Shown: positions 40,413 to 54,900 of the stretch, piece after piece | How positions within the stretch are numbered: the stretch's first letter is position 1 | How the letters are laid out: each line of letters starts with the position of its first letter | Made by a program: the position numbers and the translations under genes | From: Trichoplax sp. H2 | Lineage: Eukaryota | Direction of reading: 5' to 3' | Assembly (NCBI GenBank): GCA_003344405.1 | Contig: NOWV01000121.1 | Location: 1 to 64,000, forward strand | Length of the DNA stretch: 64,000 nt | Notes under the pieces: model-generated | The model's database searches: none | What the model saw: only the letters and a program-made list of their open reading frames with translations | What the model was told of the DNA's origin: nothing

Positions 40413-41719
40413 ATGAATCGTATTAGATATCTTCATATACCTTTTAAGAAGAAATAAGGTCAAATCTAGTTTCATTTTATGGGATTACGTATGTTATATA
40501 ATTATACATACAATACAGTACTGTCATAAAGTAAAATGATTCCGAATGTTAATTACGGCTATTATGTGTTTCATATTTAGCTTATTGTTGATAGATTTGA
40601 TGACACTAATTTAGCTGTTTTCTTCATGATCTGCTGTATCTATCGCGAAATAGTGAAATTGCAGATTTATAGTGCTATCATACCTACTTCAACTGCTGTA
40701 CAATATTGAATTGCACATTTCTCAGCCTTTTTATCTCTTTATGGCATATAGTATTATATATCATGTGATAGTACTGTATCTGCTGCCGGTTAAAAATCCA
40801 TATAATAATTGAATTAAAATATTCCATTAGGTGTGTTTCAATTTTTTTACAAACCATATCAATCATTATATAATTAGATAATATTTATTACAAGAACTAA
40901 TTGCGTTTGTAACCTAATACACATTACTGCATAACAACTTATTCAGGATACCAATTACCAAGTATCCACTAGGGTCTTTTAACGTACTTCTTTAATTGCA
41001 ATCAGTACCGTACTTAAAACACATAGTGATAAGATACCTATTTACATGTATATTATCATTTAATTAGAAGGTAGCTCCCTTTCTTCTAGATCATGACTAG
41101 AATATCGCCTAGTAAATTTGTAGTTACGAATGCGGTAATGTACTGTCTAATACCGTATAATACATGTATTTTAAGCGCCTTTATTTCAAGATAAAATGAT
41201 TTTCATGTTTTGCTAGTATTTATGTAACATCTTCATAGAGGTTAACTTACATACTGAATTGTGACTCATTTGAAAACTTATGTACGCGTACAATAAAATA
41301 AAATAAATAAATAAGTGTAATTTCGAACTACGGTAAAATTGCGTGTTTTTCGTTTACTTTAATGATTGAGAAAGTCTATTCACTCTTTGCCTAACAATTA
41401 ATGATCTAGAGGCTTTTGTTTCAGTTTAAAATCTTTTAACGACACCGTGATTCCCGCAAATGCCGTACAACAAAATACCATTCAAAGTTAAAAAATAGTT
41501 ACATTAATCATGGATTTTTAAGGATTATTTATTAGCTACAGTCTCAGGCTCATAGAGTCAAACTCAAACATCTATAATACTCGTATACAATAGCATAAAA
41601 CTTGTCGTGAGATGTAGTAATTTTCTCTGGAGTTGATTAGGCATCATGGCCAATACAGTAATCTTCCTTCTTCAGGTTAAAAAGTAAAAAGTAAAGTCAA
41701 AATTAGCCGGATTAATATC

Positions 41720-42520
41720 TGTACAGTGTGTACAGTACACGGCACAAGTTTCGTTGATCAACTACAGTACTGCTGTAACTGCGCCTACAGTATGATCTAG
41801 TATAGTACAGTGCACTAGTCCATATTTCTCTATAGCTGAGAACAATGGGACTGTCGAAAATTTGACTTTAAACTGTAGAAAAACTTACGATTATTACTAT
41901 ATTACGCCGTAAATATTGTATAAAATAGAAATTGAACTACATACTTCAAATATACAACTCATATGCTATCGATTGATATAATTTTACCCTAAGCTGGTCG
42001 ATACTTCTACATGTATTCCATTTTTTAGTTATCTACTGCGAAATTAATCACGCTCTGTACTGTACACTACAGTACAGTACTGTACAGTGCAGTGGGCTTT
42101 ACTTTTTACAGACTACAGTGCACTACAGGTACTGTACAGTGCAGTACTGTACATGTGTAGTGTACAATAGGCAACTTTTTCAGGGCGGACGGACTGACGA
42201 TCACTGACGTCTGATGTCACTTTCGCCTCTCTTGACGTATTTTGTACACTACAGTACTGTACTGTACAGCATCGTACTGTGCAAACAGGGACCTTTAATA
42301 ATGAATGACTCAGTTTATTACCGTACTGTACAGTGTAGAGTACTCTGATGTCCTGTACTGTACTGTAGGCTGTACTGTAGAAAGTAAAAAAAATGGGAAA
42401 GTCTCTGGCTGTAGCTTCACACTGTGAGTGACAGTCTGTGACAGTGAAGCTCAGAGAGGAGTCGCTGCGAGACTGCATTTAGCCCAGGTGATAATAATCG
42501 TACCGTACCGTACCGTATAG
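41720..42520 (+). promoter_or_regulatory. Probable talin promoter region: TACAGTA/TACTGTA-dense, locally GC/CpG-richer, GC box and CRE-like sites
   Basis: GGGCGG at 42183-42188; TGACGA, TGACGTC and TGACGTA between 42194 and 42238; many TACAGTA/TACTGTA/GTAC motifs; (CGTAC)n at ~42499-42517; located 0.4-1.2 kb upstream of the talin ATG. The promoter role is inferred from position only. Confidence 0.45.
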
Positions 42521-42948
42521 CGGTCCTACTGTGCTATTTTATTTGTGGAGGTGTTCTGATTTCTGCATGTTTTCTAGCTCACAAATACCATACAGTCCTT
42601 GCTGGATACGGTAAATCGGTAATCGCCCATCTCGAAGAAGGACGTAAAGCTGATTGAAAAATTGTGGTTAAAGTTCAGAAGCTAGCGTGTATTCCGACAG
42701 GTGAAAGAAATTTTGGACAGTAACTATAAATTGATATTGACCAGTATAACCTTGTAGGCTAATCAGACTTTTCTGGTACTTGTAACAATCTGCATAAACA
42801 ATTCCACTTCATACCGTATTGATGTTGAGCATATCCAATTCTCCATATAGGATATTATATGAGTTTTAATGTACTTTATCTCTGTCCAAGGCTATATTGT
42901 TCATTCCGTTGCTAAAGATTGTTCCTTCGCTTGCTTTAGGTAGCCATC

Positions 42949-45900
42949 ATGTCGCAATCGTTAGCGCTGAGGATTGTCCTCATCCATCTGCATGTGAAAC
43001 AAATTAAAACAATGAAAGTAAGTGGATCAACATGACTTTATGAATTTTGCTTCTTGTGTTTTTTTTATCCTTACATCGTATTGAAATGGAATTGAAATCT
43101 TGCAAGATTAAGGCACACAAGTCAGGAGAAATTAATATGTGATTGATCTTGAATTGTACTAAGTAAAATCTTGACAAATTTTTGCTATGCCTTGCTTTCC
43201 ATTGAAAAGTCTATAATGGACCTGGTAGTGTGACTCATAATACTCTAGTCTTGATACGGCATTATTGTTTGAATGTTTTCTACCTCCTGTCTGGGTAGTA
43301 CGGTACTATTGGTACGTCCAATCAACGTGATCGTCCATCACCACCAAGGCTCTTCTCCTTCAATACATTACAATTCTGGTGTTAAAGTAAATTGTCTACA
43401 GTATTCCAACTGAGCAAGATTCTGGATTTTATTGATGTCTTCGTACTTGCCATGCTTTCAAATGTATGTTTAGTCATCAGTCTACTCTAGGCTTTTTACA
43501 ATGTTGGCAAACTTGAGCCATTGAATGGATTTACCCTACGTTATCTTACTGTACAGTATATGCTGTAGTACAATACTGTATTGTAGTGATTGTAAATGAA
43601 TTACACCAGCAATAAATACGTATAGGATACGCCATGCTTACAGCTAGAACGTGTTCATGCCATCTAAATGGTTGACCAAACGGCCTACTGGTAAGACCGA
43701 TTCATTAGAAGAACAGTACTCTTGCTTTATGACGGAAATAGCGGATAGGCTATTTGGGGACTAGACCCACTGACGACTGGAAGCACTTTGAGATTGAATG
43801 GTAGATGCGCGTGGGTTTTTGTTCACTAAATCCAAAATATGATTTCTAAGGATTCAGTAGTCTGAGGAAGGATTCGGATTCGATTTTACCGGATGAGAAT
43901 CGGATTTCGTAGTGCACAATTCACTTGATCGCTGCCAGCAGTCGACATTACACCGTAATTAAGACTGAACTGTGCTGTGAACAGCACGGTACGCTGTAGC
44001 GACACAGTAGTTGATTGCTGAGCTCTTTAATCGGGCCTAATTTTAATTTTGTCCAATACGTAAGATGTGTTTTGACGTAATTGCAAATAGTGTACAGTAC
44101 AATCAAATCGTAGTTGCTACAATACAGTATTTGATTCGTGAAATGATAGCGGTAGCATTGTTACCTGGGTAGTTTCTCGTATACTAGCCAGTCCTTTGGT
44201 GCGATAGAATAGTCATTTATGTAATAATATTGTGTGTGGAGCTTTTGCTTCGCATTGTTTTCAAACAGAATCCCGTAGTGTGAGGACCTGATTAGCAGAT
44301 GATCGATAGAGCTTATGATTAATACGACAGAATGACAGCACAGTAGTAATCGATATCGCGTAGTTAGATACCTTCCGCATCTGATAATGACAGCATTAAT
44401 GCGTACACGTACGTTGTATACCCGCATACCATAGTCCATTGAAAAAGCTGTTAAAGAGGTTAACAACTTGTTTAAATAGCGTTTGACGTTCCTCCCTGTA
44501 ATTAGGTGTTTCTAATGCTAGTATAGTAAGCAGTAATAGCGAGAGTACAGATACTGTATAAGTCAGTATAACCCAATGACTATAATGTAATCATATAAAT
44601 TAATTAATTATAAAAGCCCTCAAGTGACAATTAAAGGATCATATTTGCTTTTCTATAAATTATTTGAATCAATTTGTTTACGTTAACCTTGACGGACTCA
44701 CTTTTCAATACAGTGCATGATGTTTCCTGAACTTTGTTCCTAAATCGTATCGAAATTTAGGATTTTAAAGTGATCTTGTAGAGGACATAGTATTCTGTGG
44801 CTTTATACATCGTTATGTAATTTTAATATTTGCATTGAAAAAGGTTAAAATGCTAGAGTTGTAATTACTTTATACACACGCAAGTGTTATAGACATTTGT
44901 ACGAATATAATCGATGAGATTGCATGATTCAGTCCAACCCAGAGAATCGAATAGCTAGCTCTACATTCAGTATTTCACCTAAAATGCCTTATTTCATTCA
45001 CGAATCCCTAGTTGTGCCACCTCTTGGTAATACAGTACTTAAATCTTGCGCTAAACTGTACAGTAGCTGAAGAATATATAATGTGTACAGTACATAGCAC
45101 ATTACTAGGAGATAGTATGCCTTAGCAATTCTAACGGTGTAAGAGCGTAGTGAGAAGCAGCGGCTAATACCTTTATTCTTTAGTATTCCCTGGAAAGATA
45201 TTGAACTCGTCTTTGTTTTTATCTATTTTTATGATAGTTTGACAGCTCATCCATTATTTACGATGTCTGCAAGTCTATTTATGAAAAATTTAGTGATTAC
45301 AACTTAGGTCCAGGTAAGGAATGTATGTATGTTAGCCATGTTGTAACTTTTGAAAATTGTAGAAGTGTCTAGATAAGGATAAATTTTTGATAATAATATA
45401 TTATTACAACTAAAACAATAGATGACAAAGTATAAGCTGCTTTTGAATACCGTAGCATGTCTAGTAGTAAATTGCGTCGCTATCGAAGGGAGAGACCATC
45501 ATAGTTAAAAATAGTTACTGTTTCAGTAATAATTTTTGTGCGTTTAACCAAGGCGTAAATAAACTTGGTTTAAAAGATAGTGAGTGAAATTTTCCATTAG
45601 TGTTAACGTAAATTAAGGCTTTTTTGTGATAGATAAGAAATTATTCTTCTGTACTAAACTCTTACTCTTTATCAATGATTTACTGTGTGTGTAGAAGCTG
45701 ATTATGGTCTATTCTTAGCGGATGAAGATCCTAAGAAGGGTATTTGGTTAGATCCTGGCCACGCCCTAGATTTTTACATGCTAAAAAATGGGGTATAGTA
45801 TTCCGATACAGTATTAGTTTTAACCTATCATGTCAGGCTATTAAAAGTCTGTATTTTCTGAAAGTGGACAGTGGGTCAAATATTTCTAAAAAAGTTGAAT

Positions 45901-48900
45901 TTTTCATTCAGTGTCAGAGTTTTTTATTCATTACTTAATGAAATAATACTGTGTAATCAATCTGAGCAAGTCATGAAAAGCAATCATTGTAATTTTGGAT
46001 TGCCTTTTTATGAGTAACACTACTATATCCTAAAGAATGATTAGGAGCTACCATATATTACGCCTGTAAAACATAACTTCTATTATATAATATTAGCTAT
46101 AATTGTTAAACTGAATTAATTCAGTAAACGCGTGACTATTAATCATGTAAAGATTAATGTAGTAAAGTGATTTATGTACGGTATGGTAATGGTACTGTAT
46201 ACCTAGTATTTGTCATAAACCTTGACGTAGTGAAAAGTGTTTCAAGAGTTTAAGTTACGTAGGATGTTATATTTGTAGCTGTTCGTAATGACTACATATT
46301 TTTTCTTAATCTTTAACTGATTATTTTGGATAATATTTAAAACAGGATCTAGTCGAGTATAGGCGTAGAATGAGACCCTTGAAAGTAAAAATGTTGGACG
46401 GAACAGTCAAGACTGTCATGGTAAGTGGCCGTAAAGAAACGATGACAATCGACAGGATATTTCACCTTTATTTTGTCACGTCGGTGATTATAAAAAACTC
46501 ACCGACGGGAATCAATTATTCTCGGATTTGAAAAATATATTAGAAGTATTTTCAATAGCATAATAGTTAAATGATTTTTCTCATAATTAGACCGATATAT
46601 ACAGTACGCGTATATTACTGTTATCAACTATAATATGACCGTCGATTTGTAATTATAGAGTATATTGGTAATACATATACATGTCGGGAAGTATAATTAA
46701 GTTAAATTCTCTCTGCTGTTAGGCTGACGACAGTCATCACGTTGGACAATTAATAAAGTCCATTTGCTTAAAATTAGGTTTGGATCTATTTATTTATGTT
46801 TTCACAATAATGGAATAGACTAGATAACACGTAAATTTATTAATATCTGCCTATTACCAGTAACTCCGATAACAAAAATGTCTTAGGGAAAAAAGGAAAT
46901 AATTTATTACTTGTTATCATCATGTAGGTATTCAAAATTCGGATGAGTTTTCCCTTGTTGTAGAAGAAGTCAACGATGAGATATCGAACAAAACCCAAAC
47001 GAAAGTAGGCAAACAAAAATGGATATTTATCGTTGATTTTTCAAGACTATATATACAGTATATAGTACATGTATTTTGATCTTTAAAATCATATAGGATA
47101 AAACTATCCAACGAGACCAGAAAAAATTAGATCAACTTATCAAGAAACTGCATACGGATGATGAATGTACATACAGCTTTCCATTGATTTTCTCAACTAT
47201 TTGCTTGTTTTGTTGCTTATGCATGATCACGTTTTTCAGTAAATTGGCTCGCTCATGAGAAAACATTAAGAGAACAAGGAGTTGATGAGTCGCAAACTCT
47301 TGTACTTAGGTAATAGAAATTAGACCAATTGTTATCGGTGTAGAAGTTGACGTATGTTATTTTAAGAAAAAATTTATAATACATTTTTATTTTCATGCTT
47401 GTAGACGGCGGTTTTTCTTTGCTGACTCCAACGTCAGTACTCTAGATCCTGTTCAGTTGAATTTGCTTTATGTACAGGTATAGTGTTTGTGTTGTAATTA
47501 CATTATTATTATTAGAGATAAATGTTAGCGTGTACATCATAATTTATACGAGTAATACAGTATAACAGAAAATTGAATATTATGCAGTGCTATTCATATT
47601 ATCTACTAATGTCTTTGCTAGACGCGTGATGATATTATTAAAGGCACGCATCCGGTAACCTTTGAAGAAGCTTGTACGGTTAGTCCTGTTGTCATTGAGC
47701 TTAAAAGCGGTTACCATTTAGCATTTATATTTCGGATTAAGTATCATATACGTATCCAACTTTACATATTGTTTTTTTTAACTTTTTTAGTTTGGTGGTC
47801 TGCAATGCCAAATTCAAATTGGTAATCACGATCCGTCAAAGCATAAGCCTGGATACGTAGAGTACGTGTTAACTGATCGTAATCCTTTTTGTCAGATTTA
47901 AATTTTTTTACGGAAATTTTTATTAATTCAATAGTTTAAAACAGTACTTGCCTGCTGAATATGTAAAAATGCGAGGAGCAGAAAGAAAGATACTTTCGGT
48001 ATTCTAGAAAAGAGCAATTCTTATATTTTGAAATTGAGCGATGAATTACTATAAAGCCTTCTGTTTGTGATTGTAACCTCCGTATCAATCTACGTAAATA
48101 GGAACATGCAGAATTAGGTGGCTTGTCAGAGTTAGAGGCAAAAGAACAGTACGTCAAGCAATGTCGTGCACTTAAAACCTATGGTGTTACTTTCTTTGTA
48201 GTCAAGGTAAGTTCTTGATTTTTGTTTAGTTTTTTGGCACTATTTGAAGCTAATGCAATGTTTTGCTGATCATATTATATTAGGAAAAGATAAAAGGAAA
48301 GAATAAATTAGCTCCACGATTATTAGGTATAACACGAGACAGCGTTTTGCGAGTAGATGAAAAGACAAAAGAGGTAACTCTTTTTTACTTGAAATATTGC
48401 CATCGTTGACCAACTTTATTTATAAAGTTTACATTTATTTAGGTTCTAAAGTCATGGCCTCTCACAACCATCAGAAGATGGGCAGCATCAGCGAACAGTT
48501 TTACGCTTGTAATAGACAACTTAAATGGCTACCTTGACCATATCGGTTATGACTTTGTACCTACTTAGATATGATTATGTTTGCAGGATTTTGGTGATTA
48601 CTCGGATTCCTTCTATTCCGTACAAACAAAAGAAGGAGAGCAAATTTCTCAATTAATAGCCGGATATATTGATATTATTATAAAAAAGGTAAGTTTCAAT
48701 CGCCACCTGAACTGATGTATGATAATAAATCTTTACGAAGGCAGAGTAGTTGATACTTCCTTACTACCTGTACATTCAGAGGAGAGTTGAAGGCCGTCAG
48801 TTAGACTTTGATGAAGAAGGCGCAGTAATGGAGGATTCTGTATCTCCGGCTAGGTACTGTTCGTAAATCATTTATAATTAAATTTTTAAAATTAATAAAC

Positions 48901-51900
48901 CAATGACAGTTTTGGGCTATACGTGTATATTCACATCGTTTAGTGCAACAGTAATTCAACAAAGGCAGGGGAACTCCGCTCATTCTGAATCTCAAAGTGT
49001 CTCAGTTCCTGGTATTGTTGGGCAAGGCGGACAAGGTAATGCGTTGTCATCATGGATGTTATGCTAAATTGTTATGAGCACTTTATACGAAAACGCCCTT
49101 TCTTAATTTACGATAGCTCCGCAAAGTCTTATTATGGGCTCAGTTCAGCAAAATGCGCATATATCTTCCAAAGAAAAACATGCACATCAATTACATGCGC
49201 CGTCCGGGGTAAATACTGTTATTAATAGGACGGAAACCTGGAATCCAACTTACAGTAATATCTTGGATATATCCATTAATTTTACAGGGTCCGCAATCGG
49301 TTATGATGGGCAGTAGACAGAGTCCAAAAGCAGCCTTTTTAAGTAATATTTCGGCTGGTTTCATGGCAGCATCTGCCACAACTGCAGCATTAGATGAGCC
49401 AGCCGAGTTGCCAGATCTTGGTTCAGATCCGGCATCTTTACAGTGGAAGCGTAATACCCTTCACATATCTCAAGAAAATGTCAGAGCAAACATAGCTGCA
49501 ATTAATGGATCCGCTGCTGCAATAATACTGTTAACATCAAGTTAGTTACATTTAGACTGGCATTCTGCAAATTATTAATATCTAAATTTTATTGGTCAAC
49601 ATTAACATTTTAGATCCTGATAAAGAAATTGATTATACAGCTATTGGCTCTTCCGTAACAACCATATCGTCAAATATGAATGATATGGCCAAAAGAATAA
49701 AAATGATTGCCGCTTTGCAAGACGATGAGTACAGTGTTGACTTGATTACAGCAACTAAAGAGTTAGCTTCTGCATTTGTAAAACTGCTAAAATCAAGTCA
49801 ACCAGAGAGTATGGAATCGCGGCAGAGTTTGTTGGAGGCAGCTAATGATGCCGGAATTCATAGTAAAAGGATCCTAACGTATATGGGGGATAAGACCTTA
49901 AACGAGCAATTTCATGTACGTAGCATTTCAGCTTGGTAGTAATAGTAACGCATGTATCTTTATCAAAAATTTTCAATGCTCTAGGAGGATCTCCTTAACG
50001 CCGCTAAAGCTGTAGCGTTGGCTACTACTACTTTAATGAAGCAAGCGAAGAATGTTGCGTCCAATTCTAACGACCCGTCTCTTCAAGATACCGTAATCAT
50101 CACTGCTAAGAATGGAGCCATTTCTTCATCGCAGCTTGTAACCTGTGTCAAAATTCTTAGTCCCACATTGGATTCCCTACTTTGTCAGGAGCAACTTTTT
50201 GATGCTGGTCAAAATGTGATTAAAGCTATAAATAACGTTGTTGCTGCTTGCAAGGTAATTCATTTCGGATTATATTATAACAATATCTTATTTAGATGTG
50301 ATATTACAAATAAAAACTACACGTAACCAGTTCATTTTAGAAAAGGACTATATATCTTCTTATTTAGAATGAAAGCGTAGACGAAGATTTACAGGAAGAT
50401 GTTGACGAGGCAGCTAACCAAGTTAAAATCGCTATTGATAACCTTAATAACTTTGTAAAGGGAAACTTATCAAGCAGTAATGAAATAAGCAAATACGATG
50501 GAATTTGTGACGTGATATTAGATGCCAGCGAGAAATTGTTTAATAGCGTTGGTAACGCTGTAGAAATGATAAAACAAGCTAAGATGATGGCCCAGGTATC
50601 GTAGCTAAGCTTTCTGAAGAAGATTGTTTTGCACGAAATTGAGGCTATTAACTCCCGTAACGTTGTTTAATAGGGTGCGTCTGATCTCGTAAATTCTATC
50701 AAACTGGAGGCAACAGAAGAACAATACGAAGGGGACAGACAGAAATCGTTGCTTTCTGCAGCACGCATGGTTTCGGATGCAACTGGTCAAATGGTTGCTG
50801 CCGCTAAAGTATGATTTATTATTCTTGGTCTTCTGTGTTAGATGATTTTCGTTTTTAAATCGTAAAATTTTTTAGGCTTGTACGCAAAGACCAAATGATC
50901 CAGTATTACAGCAAGAACTTAAAAGAACTGCTGAAAATTTGAGATATTCCGTAAATGCAGCTTCAGGAAATGCCCTTATAAGAAAACGAATATTCGATCT
51001 AGAAGTTAGTATTAAAGTCAATAAAAAAGTAACGAGTTACGGGTATTATTTATAACTTTTATTAATAAATAAATGTAAAGATTGCCGCAAAGCAGTTGGC
51101 GATATCTACAATGCAGCTAATTGCTGCAGCTCATGGAGTTTCTACGTCCAATAGAAATGAGAATTCACAGAAAGATCTTGAGGCTAAGTGCAAGGTTTGC
51201 ATTTTACTTTTAATACCTTTTCGATTTAATATTTAGAGTTATTTGTCGTATGATAATTAATTTATTACCAAATTGAACAGAGTACTGGCGATAGCTGTGC
51301 TAAGCTTATTGAAGGTTACAATAATAGTGCTGCTAATCCGAATAAAACTGGATATTTACTAGCCCTTATTAGTGCCAGTGAAGAAATGATACAAGTATGT
51401 CTAACTTCGATGGAAATTTCTATTAAGCAATGCTTACATCATTTCTAAGTTTTATTGTCCTAAAAATTAGCCTGCAAGTGACCTCATTACATCAGCAAGA
51501 TCAGCTAATCCGCATGTAAATAATATGGCTGCCGCTAATCAGTTGTCAGCTTTTACGAAAGCCACTGTTACTGCATTGAATGATCTCAAAACAGCTTGTA
51601 ATAAGGTACACCACTAAAATTCTTACAAGTACCTTCAAGCTACTATGGCTAGGTACTTTTGGTATGATCTACGGTATATTTTCAAACTGTACGATTCTTT
51701 TGGTATATTCTTTGTTAAGGCCTCCGAAGTTTGTGGATCGGTTGAAATGGATACCACCTTAGAAGTTGTTGATTCCTTAATTGAAGACCTAGCAGCTATC
51801 AGAGTAGCTGTAGATGCGAAGAAATTATTACCGCTACCTGGAGAGTCGGTAAGTGTAGATCTATGTAATTGTATTCAATCATTCGTACCAGGTTATACGT

Positions 51901-54900
51901 GACAATTTTATTAATCTATTTCTTTAATTAGCTGGAAGCATGTACAATGGAATTAGGCGCTACCTGTAAATCCCTAGGATCTGCGATGGCACAATTAATA
52001 ACAGCTGCTACACAAGTAAACCTTGGTTTATCTTATTTTAAGTTAAAGTTAGTTTAGTTCTTTTCAACTGTAATTCATCTGATATGTTCATATACAGGGG
52101 AATGAAAGCTATACAGGTTTGGCTGGACGTGATATGACCAATTTACTACGTGCATTAACCGGATCGGTGCGAGGAGTTGCAGCAGGATCCGATGACGTTA
52201 TTGAACAAGCAAAGATTATTAATAATGCTGATGAAGTATTAAGGAAGTCGAATACACTTTTAAGTAACGCAAAACTTCTTGCCTTGAACCCTGGCGACCC
52301 GAACCTAAAAACATTACTGCATGAGGTGCGAGTCTTAACCTCGATGAAAGCTTTGCATCGTGTTTCTGTTGCATACACTAGTGTTATTTATAAAATTGTT
52401 TATAATTTGCTATACATATACCGTAAAAATATTTGCACTGATGTCTATCTGAACTGAATGACGTTAAATTAATGAAGGCTGCTAAGGATATGGCCAGTGC
52501 TTTAACTAAGTGCATTGACTGTTTACCTGGTCAAAATGACGTCAACACTGCTATTGATTCTATTCGTGACTCTTCCAATTCTTTAAAGGCCAATGTAAGA
52601 CCCATTTTATCAGTAAAGGGAATTTCACTGCTAATTGCTCTTCTAACTTGAGTCTATTTTAGCTATCAAGGGATAGAAGCCTTCAAGACTGCCAAAATAA
52701 ATTATCCACAATGGCGGCAAGTCTCAACGTACTCGCTAATGAAGTAGTTAAAGTATCGACAAATTCTTCCCAGGAACTTCCCGATTCAGCTAAGAAATTT
52801 GCAGCAATGCATAGCCGACTACTATCTACGGGTTCAGATGTAGCAGGACATTTTGACGTGAGACTTTATTTTGGTGTAAGTGTCGTTCTTGTTGTTGCTA
52901 TGTATGTATATTGATACTACTTTGTGCAATTGTAGGATAATTTAGAGCAAGATAAAATTGTTGGAAATTTAAGAAACATTTCTAAGTCCTCCATAAATCT
53001 GCTATCAACTGCAAAGTTGCACTCTATGAACCCTTCTGCACCGAATATTAGAAACGAATTAACCGCAGCTGTTAGGTAAAGTTTTCTACGATTACATTCA
53101 TAATAATCTTGTAGAATTCATAAGATGATTGATTATGCAATAAAAAAACAATTTACTTCTATGTATTTGACTACTATAGGGCTGTTGCGGAAGGTATCAA
53201 TAAGCTAATCGATTCATGCACAAAGGTATCATCACTTGGTGCTAAGGAATGTGAGAGGGGATTAAGAAGGATTCAGGTAAGTACTTACAAGATTTCAGTG
53301 TAGCTTTAATTATGTTTGCTATATTCATTTCGCTAAAGTTACTCAAGGAAGAATTCAACATCTATAGGTAATGGCCGGTGTCATTGACAGCCCTAAAGAA
53401 CCCGTAACAGATGCATCTTACTTTGCTTGTCTTGAAACTGTTGTCGAAAAGTCGAAACTGTTGGGAGAGACTATGTCTTCTGTCAATAACCATGCTAAGA
53501 AATCCGAAGAACCTGAATTTATTAATGCTGTCAAGATGTCTGTGGATCTCATGTGCATACTACTTGAAGCAGCTGCACAGGTATGTACCGTATTTGTGAT
53601 AACGTTTATATTAAATTTAAGATCTCAATGTTTTTCTCTATGTAAGAATAAATGTTTATATTTATTTGATTATACTGTAGGCTGCATACCTAGTTGCAAT
53701 CTCTGATCCAAGCAGTATTGCTGGCAAGCCTGGATTAATAGATCAAGCATACTTTGCCAGGCTTAAACAAGCAATCATTCAAGCAACTGATACTGTTGCC
53801 AAAACAGATAGTACTTCGGAAGAATTATTAGTAGCAGCTACTGAAATTGCGAAAAATTCTACTTTACTTTGCACGGCATGCAAAGAAGTCTCTGTAAAAA
53901 CAAGCAATCCAGTAGCTAAAAGACAATTTGTACTCTCAGCTAAAGATGTTGCTAATGGGACAGGAAACGTTGTTCGAAGTATCAGAGTATGTATAGATTA
54001 TTGCTTTAAATGTTCGAAAATAACCTCAGCAATTTTAGTCAATTATGTATGATGACTAAGTATCTTTTACAGATTTAATAAGCTTACTATTTGATCTTAT
54101 ATAGAATCTTGCTGCTGCGTACTCAAGTGATGCGAAAGAAACGTGTATTGCGGCAACTAGACCATTGGTAGAGGCTGTGGAATCTCTATTATTATATGCA
54201 TCGTCTCCTGAGTTCGCCTCTGTTCCTGCTAAAATCAATACAAAAGTATGTTCACGAATAACACTTATGAGTAAGCCAATACATATAAATTGTAATCTAT
54301 CTATCATTAATTATCTTTCTATCTGTAGGCTCAGGAAGCCCAGGTACCCATAGTTACTGCCGGTAAAGTGATTGTATCTACTGGTAGCACTTTATTTAGT
54401 GCAGCGAGAGACCTAATGTTTGACGGTGAGGACAATACCCAGCCTTCAAAACTTTCTGGCCACATCAAAGGCGTTCTTTCTGCTATAAAACAATTGGTAG
54501 CAGCAATTAAGTAAGTCAACACATCGATAATGGTATAGTGTTACTAAGCGTAGTAATTTTTAGAGCGTGGATTTAATTAAATTACGGTACACTTGATAGA
54601 GAAAAAGCCCCAGGACAGCAGGAAATTAGTCTAGCACTTGATCAGATCAATCGATGTATAACAGCAATTAATCAGAATGCCTTACTGGCTATCAGTGGCA
54701 TGTTATCGCCTCAGGAAGATGCTACACTTCAGGTGAAATGCAACAGATATATAACATTTAGGTTTTGTATTGGGTATATCTTAACTAAAATGAAATCTCG
54801 TTAGGCTCTGCAAGATCGGATGACTGGGTTAGTCAATGAAATGCTATACTCTGTTGATGGCTTGGCTACAGCTGCTAAAGGAGAACCTGAAAAATTGGGT

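Noticed and set aside
42113-42478. 121-aa minus-strand ORF
   Set aside because: Composition (Y, S, T, V, Q, C) is what the TACAGTA low-complexity field encodes; no recognisable domain.
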